A stretch of 64,000 nucleotides of DNA from Camelus dromedarius. Lineage: Eukaryota. The translations under genes were made by a program, and so were the position numbers. Location: positions 28,768,001 to 28,832,000 of the forward strand of contig NC_087459.1 of assembly GCF_036321535.1 (NCBI RefSeq), given 5' to 3'. The notes under the pieces were generated by a model. That model saw only the letters and a program-made list of their open reading frames with translations, searched no databases and was not told where the DNA came from. Below, one piece after another: positions 60,881 through 64,000 of this stretch (positions within the stretch are counted from its first letter, which is position 1; the number at the start of each line of letters is the position of its first letter).

Positions 60881-63800
60881 ACCAGCAGATGACCAGTTTT
60901 CTGAGAAGGCAGAAGCCCTGGAGCATATGTGGAAAAGCTGGCTCTGATGGGTCAAGGGACACTTCCTCCTTCCTCTAACAGTTCTTTCTTAGGCTTCTCC
61001 TCAGCCTCTCCTCCTCTTCAGGACACTGTAAACATTGATTTTCTCAGGATCCCAACTTCAGCCTCCTCTTCTCACTCTCCATGATATTCACTGGTGACTT
61101 CAGTCACTACTGGAACTTTAATTACCCCGTAATTGCCCATGACTCTCAAATCTCTGTCTCCATGTGCAGGCTTGGTGTCTGTCCAACTGCAGACTGAACA
61201 TCTCCATCTGGATGTTTATGGACAATGGTGTGCTAGAATCAGCTTGTGCTGGCCCAGACCAGCTCACAAGAGCCCTTGATATACCTTTCTTCCCAACAAT
61301 TTGTTCAATGAAGTCATGTTGATAGTAGGAACTTGTAATCATCAGAGTGGGAGTATTTACACTGTGGAACCCAGCAAATCCTTCAGATCGAGGTTCACCT
61401 TCCCCAAAGAGCTGGTTGTTAAAACCGTTACATCACAGTTCACAGATGTCTCACACTCAACAAAATCAAAACTAAATTAATCCTCTTCCACCCCACCCCA
61501 TCCTGCCCAACCCTACCCCTGCTCTGAATCTCTTGGCCCAGTTAGCAGCACCACCATCCACCCAGGAGCTTCTCATTCCCTCATTCGCCATATCCAAAGG
61601 ATGGTCAGCGGATTAAGCTACAGTCCAAGCTGTTATAACAAAGAGTTCCCAAAATTCAGTGACTTAAGTGACAGCCCCAAAATAGATCCTCCAGGGCTGC
61701 GGGGCATCTTAGCTATCAACATGTGGCTTTCATCTCTGTGTCCAGTGTGGCCCAAGCAGTTCCCACAATTGTATCTGACTCTCATCTCTTGGGAAGGGGG
61801 TTGGCATGGGAAGCATAAGATCTTTCCTGTTTGAGAACACTACTAACTTCTTCTCAGAAGTTGGCCAGGTGCAAGGAAGGCTGGGAAATGTAGTCTTTAG
61901 CCATACACCCAGCTAAAACATTGTTCATGAAGAAAGAAGGGGGATAGCTATTGATGTAAGGCTAGCAGTCTGTGTCATTGGTGGATACATCTTGTTGATG
62001 CTTCTTCTTGAATATTGCTTAAATCTGTCCTTTCTACTGTCTGTCAACTGCTATTACCTTGGTTATTGCCTATTACCTGGCCTTTTAGGATAGTCTCTCT
62101 CTAGTCAACCTACCAAATAGCTGCCAGAGGTATCTTTCTAAATTGCAAGTTGAATCTCATAATTTTGCTGTTCAAAACCATGCAGTAGTCCCCTGTCAAT
62201 TCCATAAGAAGGGCCAAACTTCTTTGCAAGACACACAGGCTGGGTCTTGTCCCCTCTGCTAAGAATGCCTTCCACCCACACTCCAATGCACCTTCCTTGT
62301 CAGCTGGGAACATTTTCATTTTCTCAGTCTTAGTGTAAATATTGCCTCCCTGACTACACTGTTGTTCGTGCCCCACTGCAATTCTGTCTCCATTCCTGCT
62401 GCAGCCTTTACTGGACTGTTTCTTTCTGGGCACTTGCTACCTGCACTAGGGGTTCCCTGGGAAGCCAGGGCACTTGGTTTGTCTGGCAGAGGTCTGGGTG
62501 ACAGCTCACCAAGCAATGAACAGACCCTCAAAAGATGCCAAATCATATCCAAGGTGTGGTATCTGAGGGTCATGGCCCTGCCACCTTCGACATCATTACC
62601 AGGTGCTCAAGGTTTGACCAATGGGAGAACCTCCAGATGACTTTATTGGGCTTATTGTTCAATCTTCCAAGATAGACATTAAATTCAATAAGAGTCCCAT
62701 CAAATTATATGCCATTTTATCCCCAGTGCCTATCAGGCACCTAGACAACATCTGTGAAATGAATCGAAGCAACGTTTCCCCCAGAAAATCAACGTTTTCA
62801 CATGCCACAGTTCAAATCTCCTCTCTGTCCCTTACCAGCTGAGTGACCTTGGGCAAGTCACTTAACCTTTCCGTGCCTCTGTTTCCACTGCAAAATGGGG
62901 ATGATAATCGGATCATTATGAGGACTAAATTACTTAATATTTATAAAGTATTTATATCAGTGCCTGGTACATAGCAGATGCTTTGTGTCTGCTAAACAAA
63001 AGTAGGGTTCTGGCATGAATGAGTCAGTCTTTGACTATTTTTCCAGTCATATCTCCCCTTGACACTGGTCTCTGCCATCAGCTCATATCCAACTCTCCTT
63101 CTGGACTGAACTCCTATTTCCTCATAATGCTAGAAATGCCCATTCCTCTAGACCTTTGCTCACCCTCTTCTCTGTGTGGAAGACCTTTCCCATCTTGCTC
63201 ACTGGTAAACCCCTATTCATCCTTCACAATACAGCTCAAACTTCACTGGACTCTCAGAGACAGGTAGCCCCTCCCTACCCTGAGCCTCCATTTCATCCCA
63301 CTTTTACGTATGTCTCCGCTCCCCACTGCACCAAAACTCCTTGAGAGCAGGAATACATCTTATGCACCTTAGTATTCCCATACCTTGTACAATGCCTGGC
63401 ACACCGTATTCATAAAAGATGTTTGAATCAATAAGTGGATGAGTGAAATATCTTAATAAACTTTATCTTAACCACTTCCATCATGACAGATCCTATGACA
63501 AATGAAAACTGGCCACAGTTGACTGGGAGGTAAATCAAATCTAGTCCTGTATTAGCTGACTGTAGCTTTTCCACCAACCATGAGCAGGGAAAAAAAATCA
63601 CTTTACCTGAGAGACTCCAGATTTCTATGAACATTTTCTTAATTATAAATTAATTATACAAATTAATCATAAATTAATAATAATATTAAAGCCTCAAAGA
63701 TGCCACAGGGATTTTCTTAGGACCTGATGTTTGCTGAATAATCCTGTGTGCCCAGCTTATAGCCAGAGCTTGATTCTGGCGTCAGACTGAGTCCTCATCA

Positions 63801-64000
63801 CCAGCTCTCCTACTGATGGGGACAGTGAAGCTTGGAGAGGGGCACAGAGGTGTTATGAAACAAGGTCATCTGTCAGCTGGCTGATGAGAGATATGAGTTC
63901 TAGTCCTGGCTCTGCCCCCATGGGTTGTGTGACCCAAGACAGGGCCCTGCCTCTCTATCTGGAGAAATCCCTATAAATTCTAGGAGTTAGATCCATGATC

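Overview
Mammalian genomic DNA, most likely a camelid: it carries tRNA-Ala-derived Vic-1-type SINEs and a pig/ruminant-like EPO. The window is the conserved ZAN-EPO-POP7-GIGYF1-GNB2 block (human 7q22 synteny) in reverse orientation. It holds the 5' part of zonadhesin ZAN (minus, 19 coding exons, running off the left edge), complete EPO (minus, 5 exons, with promoter GATA box and 3' HIF/DR2 enhancer), POP7 (minus), GIGYF1 (plus) and GNB2 (minus). There are five promoter or promoter-like CpG-rich regions, ancient L1/L2/MIR/hAT repeats and five N-gaps, three of which hide coding sequence. I found no new gene system. The best leads are regulatory: (1) a promoter-like CpG patch inside a ZAN intron, next to a broken homolog of the pig zonadhesin N-terminal leader; (2) apparent remodelling of EPO cis-elements; (3) a miR-17/18/19 site cluster in the GIGYF1 3'UTR; (4) loss of a ZAN D1 cysteine and recent higher-order duplications in the ZAN mucin array. 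Exon boundaries were read by hand from GT/AG sites and frame continuity. All cross-species comparisons are from memory and need confirming by alignment.
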